From the human T2T-CHM13v2.0 reference genome, Homo sapiens, in NCBI RefSeq assembly GCF_009914755.1, contig NC_060935.1: 64,000 nucleotides of DNA. One strand, written 5' to 3'. Below, piece by piece: positions 52,206-64,000 of this stretch. Below the pieces are notes generated by a model. The model ran no database searches. It was given only the letters and a program-made list of their open reading frames with translations, and had not been told where the DNA came from. The translations under genes were made by a program, and so were the position numbers. Every line of letters begins with the position of its first letter. Within the stretch, counting starts at the first letter, position 1.

Positions 52206-54947
52206 AGAAAAAACACAAAATCTTGCATAAATCCTCATAAATCCTGACTTTCCGGTCCCATAACAATCCATATCTCCTCATCACCGTGAATCTGTAAAGT
52301 TCTGTCTTTTATTTTGGTACATAGGATAATTAATCCTCAGAACTGGAATAACTCTTAAATTCAAGGCATCTAATCTAAGGAAATGGAGCCTCTGGCTGAG
52401 TAAGCCACCACCTATGGTGCCCCCATTTATTAATAGTAGCCGTGGGTCTGGACCCCAGGTTTCCCTGAACGTCAGCTCAGGATTCTTTCTGTTGTGTAAA
52501 CCTACCTCCCTTTTCCACATGACCTTTCCTCCACTGTGTCCCATCAGGATATGGGTGGAGGTGGCTGTGCCTAGAAACAGGCGATTGGCCCATGTTGGAG
52601 AGGATTCTGGATGCCATCCAAGTCCTGGAGGATTCACTGCAGTGCTCGGTGGCCTTGGAGCAAGGCCAGCTCAGAAAGTTTCCCAAGCCCAAATTAGCCA
52701 CAGCCTGGGATCCACTCATGGTAACTATACTAGGGTCTTTCTCTTTTCTGGCTTCTAATGAGTTCTGGTAGTTTGGCCATTGGATGATGTCCTCTGGGTA
52801 CCCAGAGTGATGAGTCAATGCTCCTAGTCACCATGGTTGGCCCTAGGAAAATCTGCAGTCATAGGGAGCCACCTGTGTGGAACATGGCAGGGGACATAAA
52901 AAATTCCTCCACTGAAAAGTATCACTTGCTTGCTTGTCATGTGGTCCACGGTTCCACCACTGGTTATTCACTCCTTGAGTTAGCACTGCCTCACCTTCTA
53001 TCTCTTTTTAACAAAAATCTGAGAAGGCGAACTATTAAGTCCTCAACATCCATCAGTTCTTTTTTGCTGACCAGGGAAGGTGTCTTGGCTAAAGAAGGCC
53101 CCCCAGGTGGGGATGAGGAATAGAGAAAAGCAGGAAAAGGAGAGGCAGGAGACACCACAGACAGAACTCACTCCCTTCAATACCTTGCCCAGGGCCAGCT
53201 CTGATTTTGACCTCCAGATGCTTCCTACTTTTTATGGCTCCTCATCACAGTTGGTGGTGATGTAAGGAACTGGAGTAACACCAGATTCCAGACTCTGGGT
53301 GGAGTTTACAGTAACGATATGAGTAATACCTGATGCTTGCATGCGCCTCTGTATCGCACAGTCAGTGGGAATCGCCTAAAAATCAGGTGTGCCTCTTCTA
53401 GGGTGGGACAGGAATGAGCTTAAAGTCAAGGACACAAAGTATAGGATTTTTGAACAGGACAGCAATGAATGACACACTTTGGTAAAGAGAGGCCCACCAC
53501 AGGCCTTTGAAATGGTGCCCTGCTGCTTTCAAAGCAGTATCTCACTTAGTCTTAACTGTCTCTTAACAACTACCATATCAGGAAGGAAGGAAAATATTCT
53601 CCCCGTGGCATAAAGGTCACTGAGAAACTTGTCAAAAATGCACATTTCTGAGTTCCAAAACGGAGATTCTCATGCAGTGGGTTTGGGGTGTGGCCTTGGA
53701 ATCTGAACCCTTTTATGTAGGGAGTGGGTGAGCCACCTTTTGAGAAGCATTGATTCCTTCATAATAGAGTTTTGGTCTATTACAGGGTAGAAACTGAGAC
53801 TCATTCCCATCAGTGTCCTTCTCAGTGCTTAGCCTAGTGCTTTGCGCATATTTTGTTCTTTACAAATGTTGGCAAAAGTTTAAAGGTCAGGGAAATATTC
53901 ATAGAAGTAGCATCTGAACAGGGTCTCTAAATGAGAAAAGCCTGGGGTGGAATGCATTCCAGAAGGAAGAAATATCAACAGCAAAGGCATGAACATGGGG
54001 TTTTCCAGATGAGAGAGCCCTATTCTTTGATGGAGCACAGAGTATGCATTGGGAAGAATGAAGAGATATGATCACAAAAACACATTAAGATCATGCTGTG
54101 CAGGACCTTGAATTTAGGGATTGGTGCAGTTCAGAAGCAATGGGGTCATGTTGAATATCCATGTCTCTGTGTGTTGAGGGTACAAGGTAGGCTGGGATTA
54201 ATTTGCAAACTATGAAACCACCTTCTTAATGCCAGAGCAAAGCCATTTAGGAGGCTTTTGTGTAGGCTCCAAGCAGCTCCAAAGCCTTGGCATTTCTGCA
54301 GCCAATCCCCAGGGAAATCTCTAATTCCCCACTCCCAGTTTTCCTTTACCACCTGAATGGTACGGGGCCCTAAATGTTCATCTCCAGCCCATCTTCTTTA
54401 AAAGAGTTTATGCCTCCAGACCTGCCCAAGCCCTCCACCCCACCTGGATGTACCATAAGCACCTTCATACTTACATGCCCCAGTGTAGACCAGTATTTTT
54501 CTCCAACCCTCTTCTATTCCTACCCTGGTTTGTGGTAGCCACCTACTCACCTAAATCAGAAACTGTCAGTCATTTTTCACTCATCTTTCACCCTCGTGCA
54601 TCTGAACAAACAGCCTCAGGATTCCATTTTTCAGATTTGCCCCTTTCCTACCTCTAGGAAGTTTGTGATAGAAATTATAATATTTGCTTTTCTTTTTCAT
54701 ATTTCCATGTACATAATTTCTCCCAGTTTAGCCAGCTACAGCATCTATATCCAAACTGGTGATGGGAAGGAAGTTCTATTATTATAACAGAAAAATGGAG
54801 AAAAAGGGGTCAATATTCACAATTTAACTACCAAAATAGGATTGTTGAGTTCCTAAAAAGATTAGTCTCCAAAGAAATTTTTCCTTAAATTTGTTAAAAT
54901 ACCAATAACATATCAAAAGCCAGGGTTGCTGGGGCTAAATATTGAAA

Positions 54948-55633
54948 TTTTTAGCTTTATTGAGGTATAATTGACAAATAAAATTGTGTATCTTTAAGGT
55001 ATACAACTTCATTTCTATACACACGCACACACACACACACACACACTGAAATGATCACAACAATCAAACTAACACATTCCTTAGCTCACAGTTACCATTT
55101 TTGTCTTTTTTCTTTTCTTTTTTGTTTGTTATGATGAGAGCAGGTAAGATGTACCCTCTTGGTAAATCCCAAGTATATAATACAGTATTATTAACTATAG
55201 TCACCATGCTGTGCACTGAGTCTCCAGAACTTCTTCATCTTCAGTAACTGAAACTTTGTACTCCTTGACCAACATCTCCCCATTTCCCCTCCTTCCAGCC
55301 CTGGCAACCACCGTTCTATTCTCTGTTTCTATAAGTTTGGCTTTTTAAGATTTCACATGTACATGAAGTCATGTGGGGCTTGTCTTTCTGTGCCTGGCTT
55401 GTTTCACTTAGCACAATGTCCTCCAGGTTCTTCCATGTTGTTGCCAATGGCAGGATCTCCTTCTTTTTAACGCTGAGTAAGAGCCCACCACTGGGTGTAC
55501 ATGCAGAGAAAATGAGGATCTTGAGAGATAGCGTCAGTCCCATGTTCGTTGCCTTATTTGCAATAGTCAAGACATGGAGACAACCTAAATCTCTGCCAAC
55601 GAATGAATGGAAAAAGTTTGGTCTATAGAAGCA
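54948..55633 (-). mobile_element. 5'-truncated L1MA with 5' inversion; internal (CA)n
   Basis: Antisense L1MA 3' end 54948-55480 joined to a sense-oriented upstream L1 segment 55481-55633. Confidence 0.8.
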
Positions 55634-56402
55634 TATTTAATTTACTGTAAGTCAAGTCTAGAGAGATTTCAGGATCCATATCCTAATGGAAGTCCTCAAA
55701 CCCCAAGAGAGGAGAGAAGGCCCAACTCTGTGGTCCAGTGAGGAATGAAATAGAAAGGAGGCCTGTGACCCACGAGTCCTGCCTTCTTCCCACGGGGCTG
55801 AAGCCCAGAGGACAGTGATGCTAGTGCCTCCCAGGGAGGCGTGCAAAGCACAGAGGGTGGGGGCTGCGCAGGCCTCATCAGAGCCCAGGGGTCGGCTGCA
55901 TGGATGGCTGTGAGCTAGCAGGGGACGGCACGGCGGCATTGCTCCTGAGCGGTCCTCACTCCTGCGGGACATGGGGTGATCTGGGACCCCCTGCACGCCA
56001 TGGGGCACAGGGTTAGCAGGGTGCAAAAATGGACCATGTGAGTGAGCTCAGAGGGGCCAGGAGCGAGGGATCAGCCGTGGCCACAGGGGTTAAGGCAGGC
56101 TGTTCAAATGGAGAGCTCTCTGAGCGGAATGGGTGATGGGCAGTGCAGACGGTTGCCATGAAAGGCAGCTGGGTGCCTTGGGACCAGAGAGCCAGGAGCT
56201 CGGAATCAGACCTGCCAGCACTGACCCAAAAGCACTGTGAGGCCGCGAGGTGTCCCATACCACCCCCACTCCCACATCCCTAAACACCTTCTTGGGAGGT
56301 GCAAAGCCTCGAAGAGGAAACCTGGAGAGCTGCACCCTGGCCTGAAAGACCCAGTTACCCCAGGGAGCCTGTTGGAACCAGAGGAGACCAAAATGCCCTT
56401 TG

Positions 56403-56793
56403 TCACAACAGAGTATTATTTAGCAATAATAGGAATAAAGAATTGATACATACTACAGCCTGAAAAACTTTGAAAGCAGGAAGTCAAAGAAGCCAGTCAC
56501 ACATACAGAAAACATATTGTGTGAGTCCATTTATATGAAATGTCCAGAATAGGCAATTTATAGAGACAGGAAGTAGACAATTGGTTGCCTTGGTATGGGG
56601 GAGGGGAAGGTGGAGGCAGTGACAGCTATGGGTATGGGTTTCTTGTTTCAGGGATAAAAATGTTCTCAGATTGATTGTGGTGATGATTGCACAACTCTGA
56701 ATATATGAAAAAACCATTGAGTTGTATGCCTTCTTCAATAGGTCAGTTGTATGATACGTAAATTATATCTCAATAAAACTGTTATTTAAAAAA
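56403..56793 (+). mobile_element. L1MB 3' end fragment
   Basis: ccatttatatgaaatgtccagaataggcaa...aattatatctcaataaaactgtt then an A-rich tail. Confidence 0.8.
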
Positions 56794-57229
56794 ATATGTC
56801 ATTAATTGACAGTTTGTATGTTTTCCCCATCCCCACTGCTTAGATGGGAGAGAACTTGTGAAGAAGATGAGATCAAGAGCATCTGAACGTGTGGTATTTA
56901 ATTTCCAATTCTGCCACAATTGCTCCATGCTGACTCTCTTCAGTTTACCGTTTGGTTGGATAGTAAAGATGATTGGGAGAAACATCCTTTGAAATAATTT
57001 TGTTCGCATTAAGACTGTTGCTGAGGATATCATTACTTTATACATATCCTCTCTGCGAGGTCTCTCAAGATAAATTTGTTTTGGCTTTAGATTCAGCAAT
57101 AGTTGTTCTTCTGAACAACTGGTTTACTTTTATCTTCTAAACATTGTGATGTGTGTGAAGGATTCTTCCCTGTTGGTGTTGACTGCTAGAGAGCTGAGAG
57201 CCAAATCTGTGATCCCTTCCTTGTCATTA

Positions 57230-57340
57230 TGCACACATACACAGATGCATACACACACACAAATACACATACAGACACACACACATGCATGCATACACAT
57301 GCACACACACATACCTACATACATAAACACACAAACAACA
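57230..57340. repeat. Degenerate (CA)-rich tract
   Basis: Directly visible. Confidence 0.85.
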
Positions 57341-58639
57341 TAATGTGCTAATCTCACTCCTGGCTCCATTTATGTCCCTACCCTTGTTTTCTCTTTGCCT
57401 TCTACTTCTAATTTTAAAAAAATCTTGCTCTACCCCGTGCCTATTTACATAAAAATTCTTTCTTGGAAAAAGCAGCACATTAATCCAACCCCCAGAGCAT
57501 CTCTTGAATGTGTGCCCTCCCCATTTTGCTAGAGCTTTCCTGCATCTTGCTTGTATTGTTGTCGACAGGCTCCCAAGTGTGCTTCCAGACCCTTGTCTTA
57601 TGTCTCTATACATTCATCCTCCATATCTCTGCTAAAAAGATCTTTTAAAACTTGTCTCTGTTTGTATACCTTAGTGTCACTCCTTTGCTTTTAAAATGCA
57701 TCTCCAGTTTCTTGGATGAGCACAAGGGCTTCTTCCTCACCCAGGCTGGCCTCTCTCTCCTCTACTAGTCCCTGGACAGCACCAAGCCCCTCACTGCTCC
57801 TTGCCGCCTTCTCCTGGCTCTGGGACATGGCTCTTCTCTGCGTGGGATGCCTGCGTCCTCCTTGCTCTCACTGATGCCCTACCTCTGTGGACCTGCTCCC
57901 ACACTGTGCTCCCAGCATCCCGTAGGGTAGCTTCCACTTCACTGCGATTCCTGGGCCTGTCACAGCTGTAGCTGATGGCTCTTTAGGGCAGGAATGCTGC
58001 TCTACTCTTTTGTGTGTCACTGGTCCTTAACAGTGTGTTTGCTTTGTAGCAATGACTGTTGAATTATTTTGTGTATGTTCAAGTTGGTGGCTTATAAATG
58101 ATATTGCTTTTTCTTCCTCTTCCCTAAATTATAAATAATCTCCCCAGTGCTGAAATCAAATAAAGAGAGATAGAAGATCAACGATGTGGCTGATAACATT
58201 AGAGACTGCAGGATGGATGAGTGGCTTTACTCCAAGACCTCATGTTGGCGTGTATTAAGGAACAGTTTGAATTTAGAGAATACCTCTGTTTACTCAGAAT
58301 CACTTCCTCACACTCCTCAAGGACAGAGATTTTCCTCCAGACTCAGCCTGCAAGGTGGGCCTCGGGCCTGACCCAGTGTGCTCAGCCCATGGAAGCTGAA
58401 GCCGGGTGGAACACAGCTGCTTTGTGGGCAGACAGGTACTTACAGAGAGAGAACCATGAATTGCAGTTCTATTCTCAATTTAGCCATCAGGTCACTCCTC
58501 CACAAGGTTGGGAGAGAGAGGAGCAGAAGTTACTCTTCTGAAAACATTCAGAGGCAGAAGTATCTATTTTATGGATAAGAGAAGTATGTAAGTCAGGGTC
58601 TTATAAGAAAGAGAAAGCATTTCTTGCTGATGTGAACAG

Positions 58640-59062
58640 AAATGAATATTGGGATATACTGAGCATTACTGTTAATCCTGGTGGGTGGAAAATGGCATGA
58701 TGGTTATGGTAAAAACAGTCCTTATCAGTTAGAAAGGCACACACACACTGAGATATTTATGGGTGAAATAACATGAGATTTTGGGCTTACTTTAAAGTAT
58801 TTCAGCAAAAACAAACAAAAAATGCCCCCAAACAAACAAAAACAAAACAAAGCAAAAAATAAGAAACCAAACCAAACCAAAGAAACAAGACAAGAAAAGA
58901 AATGAAAACAAGAAACCAAACAGGTGAGGAGGGGGACAAAAAACAGGTAAAATAATTGGCAAAATATTAATTGTGGAATGGGGTGATAGATACACAGGAG
59001 TTCATTATTCTATTCCTTTCAATTTTCTGTATGTTTGGAATTTTCCATAATACAGTTTTATA
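58640..59062 (+). mobile_element. Old L1M (MC/ME) 3' fragment with an A-rich low-complexity insert
   Basis: actgagatatttatgggtgaaataacatga...ggagttcattattctatt...tatgtttggaattttccataata. Confidence 0.7.
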
Positions 59063-62059
59063 TAAAGGGATTTGGGGCAGCTTAGGGAATCTCTGCGTTG
59101 TCAACAAAGCCAGGCTGGGAGGTAAGGCAGCAGGAATGACACCCCAAATCACCCACTGAACTAAAGGCACGATGGCCCCCCACTGCTCACAGCAACCAAG
59201 CTGGCCAGAGTGAATGATGAATGCCAGAGTGAATGACAGATGCCACTCTAGATCTGCTACCAACTCTGTGTCCAGAAACCAGACATTATGGTCAACCCTA
59301 TCCTCCTACAGCCAGAATGGACTTGCTGCAGTCTCTTTCCTTTGGACAGCCAGCTTCTGGAACAAAGCCTTGAGCATCTGCTTCTGACTGGCTGAGCCTG
59401 GGTTATGATGCCCTAGTTCCATGCCCTGGGTTGGGGACACAGCACCTGGCAGGCAGGAGGTGGGCTGTGCCTCAAACAGTGAGAGATTCCTCCAAGTTAG
59501 GAAGCGATTAAGATCGTATTTTAACAGAAGGATAAATACCCACTGCAAGGAGAAAATGGTTCTCCCAACACTTTGAAGTGTGATAAAAAATTTTATTATG
59601 TTTTCATTGTAGGACCTACAGCTATTAACACTTGTACAGTTCTTTGCAGTTTGCAAATGTTTTCACATACATTCTCACCTAATTCTAAGAATATTATGTC
59701 TATAGTTTACAGGATCTTCCAAAATTTACACCTCACAACAACTTTATGAGTCAGAACTATCCCCATATTATAGACAAGAAAATTGTGGGGAAGAGAGACA
59801 AAGTGACTCACCAAAATTCCCAGAGCTTTTAAGAGGTGGCCTCAAAAGACAAACCCGGGCCAGGCTGTGTCACATCCCTGTGACATCACCAAACTCTTAG
59901 TAATGACTTCCAGTGAAATTGTTAGCATTTATTCTTCTCTATCGCAATCTGACCAAGAACCAAAAATTCATAGATTTCTGTCTCCCTTTGATAATTTTTC
60001 TAGACAGCTTTTCTCAGTCTTTTGAGGATTGTCCCAAGCAGACACAAGGGCCAAAAATCTATGAGCAGTTAGAGTTCTGGACAGAGCTGCAAATTTGTAT
60101 CTTATACTCTCAGGCAATACAGATTACCCGATTCAAGTTAATTGTGGGTGAGATGGTGGCTCTAATAGAAGGCTGGTGAGTTAATTGTAAAAAAATGTGA
60201 AGTATGGAATAGGTTTCCAGGCAATTAAGCCTGCAAAGTAAGTTGGTGATACAGGACACTGCTGAGCCCCAACTATGAAAGAAAACCAACCGAGATGATT
60301 GCCTGGGACTCACTACAGCCTCCCCAAGAAGTGTTTCTGCAAGGGCACCTGGAAAAGGGATGGAGATCTGCGAAGTGTCAGGGAGGAGTTGCCGCTCTGG
60401 ATGCAAATAACTGGCCTCAGCACATTCCAAGAGAGAAAGTGGAAAAAGGAAAAGTGTGACGCTATGTCAAAAGAAGGCATCGGCCCAGCAAGCTCTCCCC
60501 TGCTGCTTAATACAGGAAATATCTCCCAAACATCTCCGCTAATCCTCCACCAATACAATGAGAAATGAGCACCTCTGGCAGCTAAGCAGTTATTAAGCTA
60601 GGACAAAAAAATATTCCGCCCATAGCAACAGAGCCAAAGATAACAGCAGGGAATAGCCAAGCTGCGGAGAAATGGCAGATAGAAAACATTCAGTCTTGGG
60701 AGTCCCCCAAAGCAACTGACGTGTGAGTAAAAGAAAGGGCCTCATTTTGCCCAAGAAGCTCAGCGGTGGATTGTAAATGTCAGGACTCAGTGTTTAGCCA
60801 CGGCCATGCTGAACTCAGCTGCATGAACTAGAGTCATAGGTTGTAGAAATGACAGGCAGTCCTGAAATTGGGCAGCACTTGAGGCTTTTTGAGCTGGTCA
60901 CCGGCCTGTTGATGAAACATACATGCGAGGCAGGAGAATACCAAAACTGCATTCCACATTTGCAACACAGAGATTCTTGAACACTGTTCCTGGATAAAGA
61001 CTTCAGGGATAGAGGGAGATTTGCTTTCCAGTCAAGATTTCTCCAAAATACTTCCTTTCTTATTAAAGGAAGTATTAAACTCTCCCAATGTTTTTCCTAG
61101 TTCTCTGTCCATGCTGGGAGGGAACCTTTCCTAGGTATACAGTCTCTCACCATTACCTTGTAGCTACTGATTGTCTTCATTCAAGAGGAGCAATTTCATC
61201 TGCCATTTAAGAAAGAGGTGGGTTCCTGCCTCAGGCTTTTGTAGACAGCAGCAGAGGCAGCTGGTGAGAGGCGGAGCCAGGGCCCAGACTCAGGGGAAAA
61301 TGAACTCAAAAATTAACTTTCTATAACCTTTTACTATTTAAAAAATACTTATGTGTTCTTTGAGCAAACTTGTTAGAGAGTAATAGAATTTTACTGTTTA
61401 AAGGACTTTGGAGGTAATCCAACAGGTTTATTTTACAGAAGGGAAGCCGAGGCTGGAAGTATAAAATTATTTCTTCAAGATGGGCCTAGACCCATTCTCC
61501 TGCCTCTGGGTCAGTGCTTCTTCCATTCACTGCCTCATCCTACCTAGACCCCGCCTTGATCTGGGAAATATGGACACCGGATGGTTTTTATGTTAGAGTT
61601 CTTTTAGGAAGAAAGTAAAAAATATTCCACATCTTGGCAAACTCTACCAATTTTATGGCTTCATTGGCCCGTAGCAAAATTATCCAAGTTCCTTTAATTT
61701 ATCCTTGCAAAGTTTTAGAATTTTTATTAATTTTAATTTTTAAAAATTATCCCAGTGTAGTTCTGTATGGAAGTGAAATGTCGGCTGTTCACGTTAATTC
61801 CAAATCCACCCACTTCTGTCCCCGTGCGAGCACTCTCCCTGATCACCCCTCTTTTCTTCCTCCTCTGAGAGGAATTGTCCATAGGATGACAAAACTGTAG
61901 GCTGGAAAATACAACGTACTATTCATTGCTGGTTGACTGATACACCACAAATGACCCTCAAACCACCTGACTCCACCTATGCTCTCCAAATGGAAACTGA
62001 ACCAACCTGCTTTGGCCCCATAGTGAAGATCCCACCAGGTCTTCCCTGCACATACTGAA

Positions 62060-62245
62060 GAATGTAGGCTGTGGACCATGAGCAAATTACATATTCTCCT
62101 TCACCTCAGTTTCCTCATCTGTAAAACAGGGATTAAATAGCACCTCCTTCAAGGGTAATGAGGGGTAAAGGAAGATTTAATGGGACAATCCATTTAAAGG
62201 GTCTCAGAAGACTGGCACATAGTAAATGGTAACTATCATTATTCC
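62060..62245 (+). mobile_element. MIR SINE
   Basis: cctcagtttcctcatctgtaaaacaggga...ctggcacatagtaaatg. Confidence 0.85.
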
Positions 62246-62616
62246 TGCGACTACTGAACTCCAAAAAAAAAAAAAAAAAAAAAAAGGAAAAAAGGAAAAA
62301 AATGGGAACATTAAATTCTTGCAAACAGCCTGGTCCATTCTTACCTTTAAGGATATTGACTTATCTCCAGATTTCAAATTGTTAGGGATAAGTGTATAAA
62401 CTTTTAATCAGTTGCTTTCCCTCAAACTCCAATTTCAACCTTGTGTGCATGGAAAGGGGCCAGCAAGTATGCTGAGAGTATTTCTCTCCCTTTACTTAAA
62501 CCCTAGGAACGCTCCGATTTCTCCACTCATCTGGATCAATGTGTAGAAACATCTCTTCACCCTTAAGTGTAAGTTTAGCCAAGACTTCCATTAACATTTT
62601 TCAAGAGGATAACACA

Positions 62617-62660
<44 letters not shown>
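62617..62660. repeat. (CA)n microsatellite
   Basis: Directly visible, about 20 units. Confidence 0.95.
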
Positions 62661-62661
<1 letters not shown>

Positions 62662-64000
62662 ACCTGGAAATAACTGAGCAAAAGTAGTTCAAGTTTCTTA
62701 GATTATACTCACCAATTATTGGTTGCCACTGCTCAAAAAGTACCCTGCCCTTACCTTGCCGTCCTTGACACAACCTGCTTAAATGGCAAAGTCTTATAAC
62801 CCATGGCAGGCTTGGGCTGGCCCAGCTGCCGAGTGTGGTAGGAATTCTAACCCTCCCGCTGGACTCTTTCCCGAAGCCCTTTCTCCAGCTGGGGGCTGTC
62901 ATCCGTCGTCTCAGACCTGGACTCCCAAGCCTCCCCTGTCCTGGTCCCTCAGGTGAGTGGGACACTTTCTGACTGTCTCTGGGCCTTAGGCTAGCCCCTC
63001 CCTTTACCTCTCTCCTGGAGATTTCCATGGTTCCAGTTCTACCTTTGCTGTTGATTCTTTCTTCTCTGCCTGTTTTACTGCTGTGCAGTTTTATTTGGCA
63101 GAAGCATGTACATCAGCTGAAGTTAACACTGGTTCTACCCTTCTCTACAGTTCCTAGTCTTCATCCATCTCTTAACATGGCATTTGGGTCTGGCCTTTGT
63201 GACAGCCGCTTCTTTCTCTAGGGTTGCTTGTCTTACATCACTGCCTTTCAAACCTTGAGTTTCCATTAGGACCACCCATTGGGTTCTTGTTTCCTGTGAC
63301 CTAATTTGTTGTGAGCTAATCTGCCGGGAGCTGATTTGCTTAACAGAAATGATTGATACCTCCTTTGTCCAATAACTGTTCAAGCCTCTCCTGCTTCTGT
63401 TTTTAGCACTCCCCCTTCCTCAAATTCCCTTTGTTGACTCATTCCTCTAGAGGCTTTAAGGATCTTCCAGAATTCTGACATCAGTTTAGCAGAATCAAAC
63501 ACATTATGCATATACTATATTTTCCACATATAGTAGATGGAAAAAGACACCATTTGCAAGTAAAGAATCACATTTCTTGCGGCTAGGAAGCACTTGGTTA
63601 GACAAGAGAGGTGATTTATTTACTTCTTCTATGGTTGCTGAGGCAATGGATAGGAAATGTCTCTGCCTCAGGCAATCCCAATGAATTTTTGCTTCCAGTT
63701 GTAACCAGTTTGCTGACAGAGCAATAGGCCAGGCTCCCAATATTGTTCAGGCCATGGCATATGTAGAAAGTCATAATTGTATTATGGCCAAAGAGATCCA
63801 GATATGTTCACTTCCGGGGCTCTGCCTTCTCCAGACCCCACACAGTTATGTTGAGAGCTGAGGGAATTACTATCTCAGCACATCCTCAACTCATCCTGCT
63901 CGGGCCCAGGGCTAGGGAAGCACTGCATGAGGTTTCCAGTAGGAGTAACTTAACTTTCTGTTTACCCCACTGCCCTTCAAACCTTCTCTATGCAATCTTC

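Noticed and set aside
55910-55930. CTCF-like site ctagcaggggacggca
   Set aside because: Mismatches in the core; cannot be supported without a PWM score or ChIP data

Overview
This is primate, most likely hominid or human, intergenic or intronic DNA. It carries AluJ, AluS and AluY SINEs, MIR, L2, old L1M fragments, MaLR and ERV1 solo LTRs, and hAT MERs. I could not support any host protein-coding exon; the listed ORFs are chance ORFs or repeat remnants. The centrepiece is a two-LTR HERV-H/LTR7 provirus on the minus strand (31240-36880). Its LTRs are about 96% identical. It has a tRNA-His PBS, a consensus splice donor, decayed gag/pro/pol and essentially no env. It landed inside a MIR that was also hit by an MSTA LTR. 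The 5' LTR keeps the TATA and GT-box promoter core, which is mutated in the 3' LTR, and has gained a private SOX-type site. It is therefore a candidate pluripotency-type promoter for a spliced leftward lncRNA. Other notable items: a tailless 5'-half tRNA-Ile retrocopy inside L1 ORF2, a patchwork of short templated duplications and a hairpin at 11.8-16.5 kb, a twin-primed inverted L1, and a perfect ETS-MARE composite site at 41.2 kb. Repeat family names come from recalled consensus sequences, not a database search, and old-repeat boundaries are approximate.
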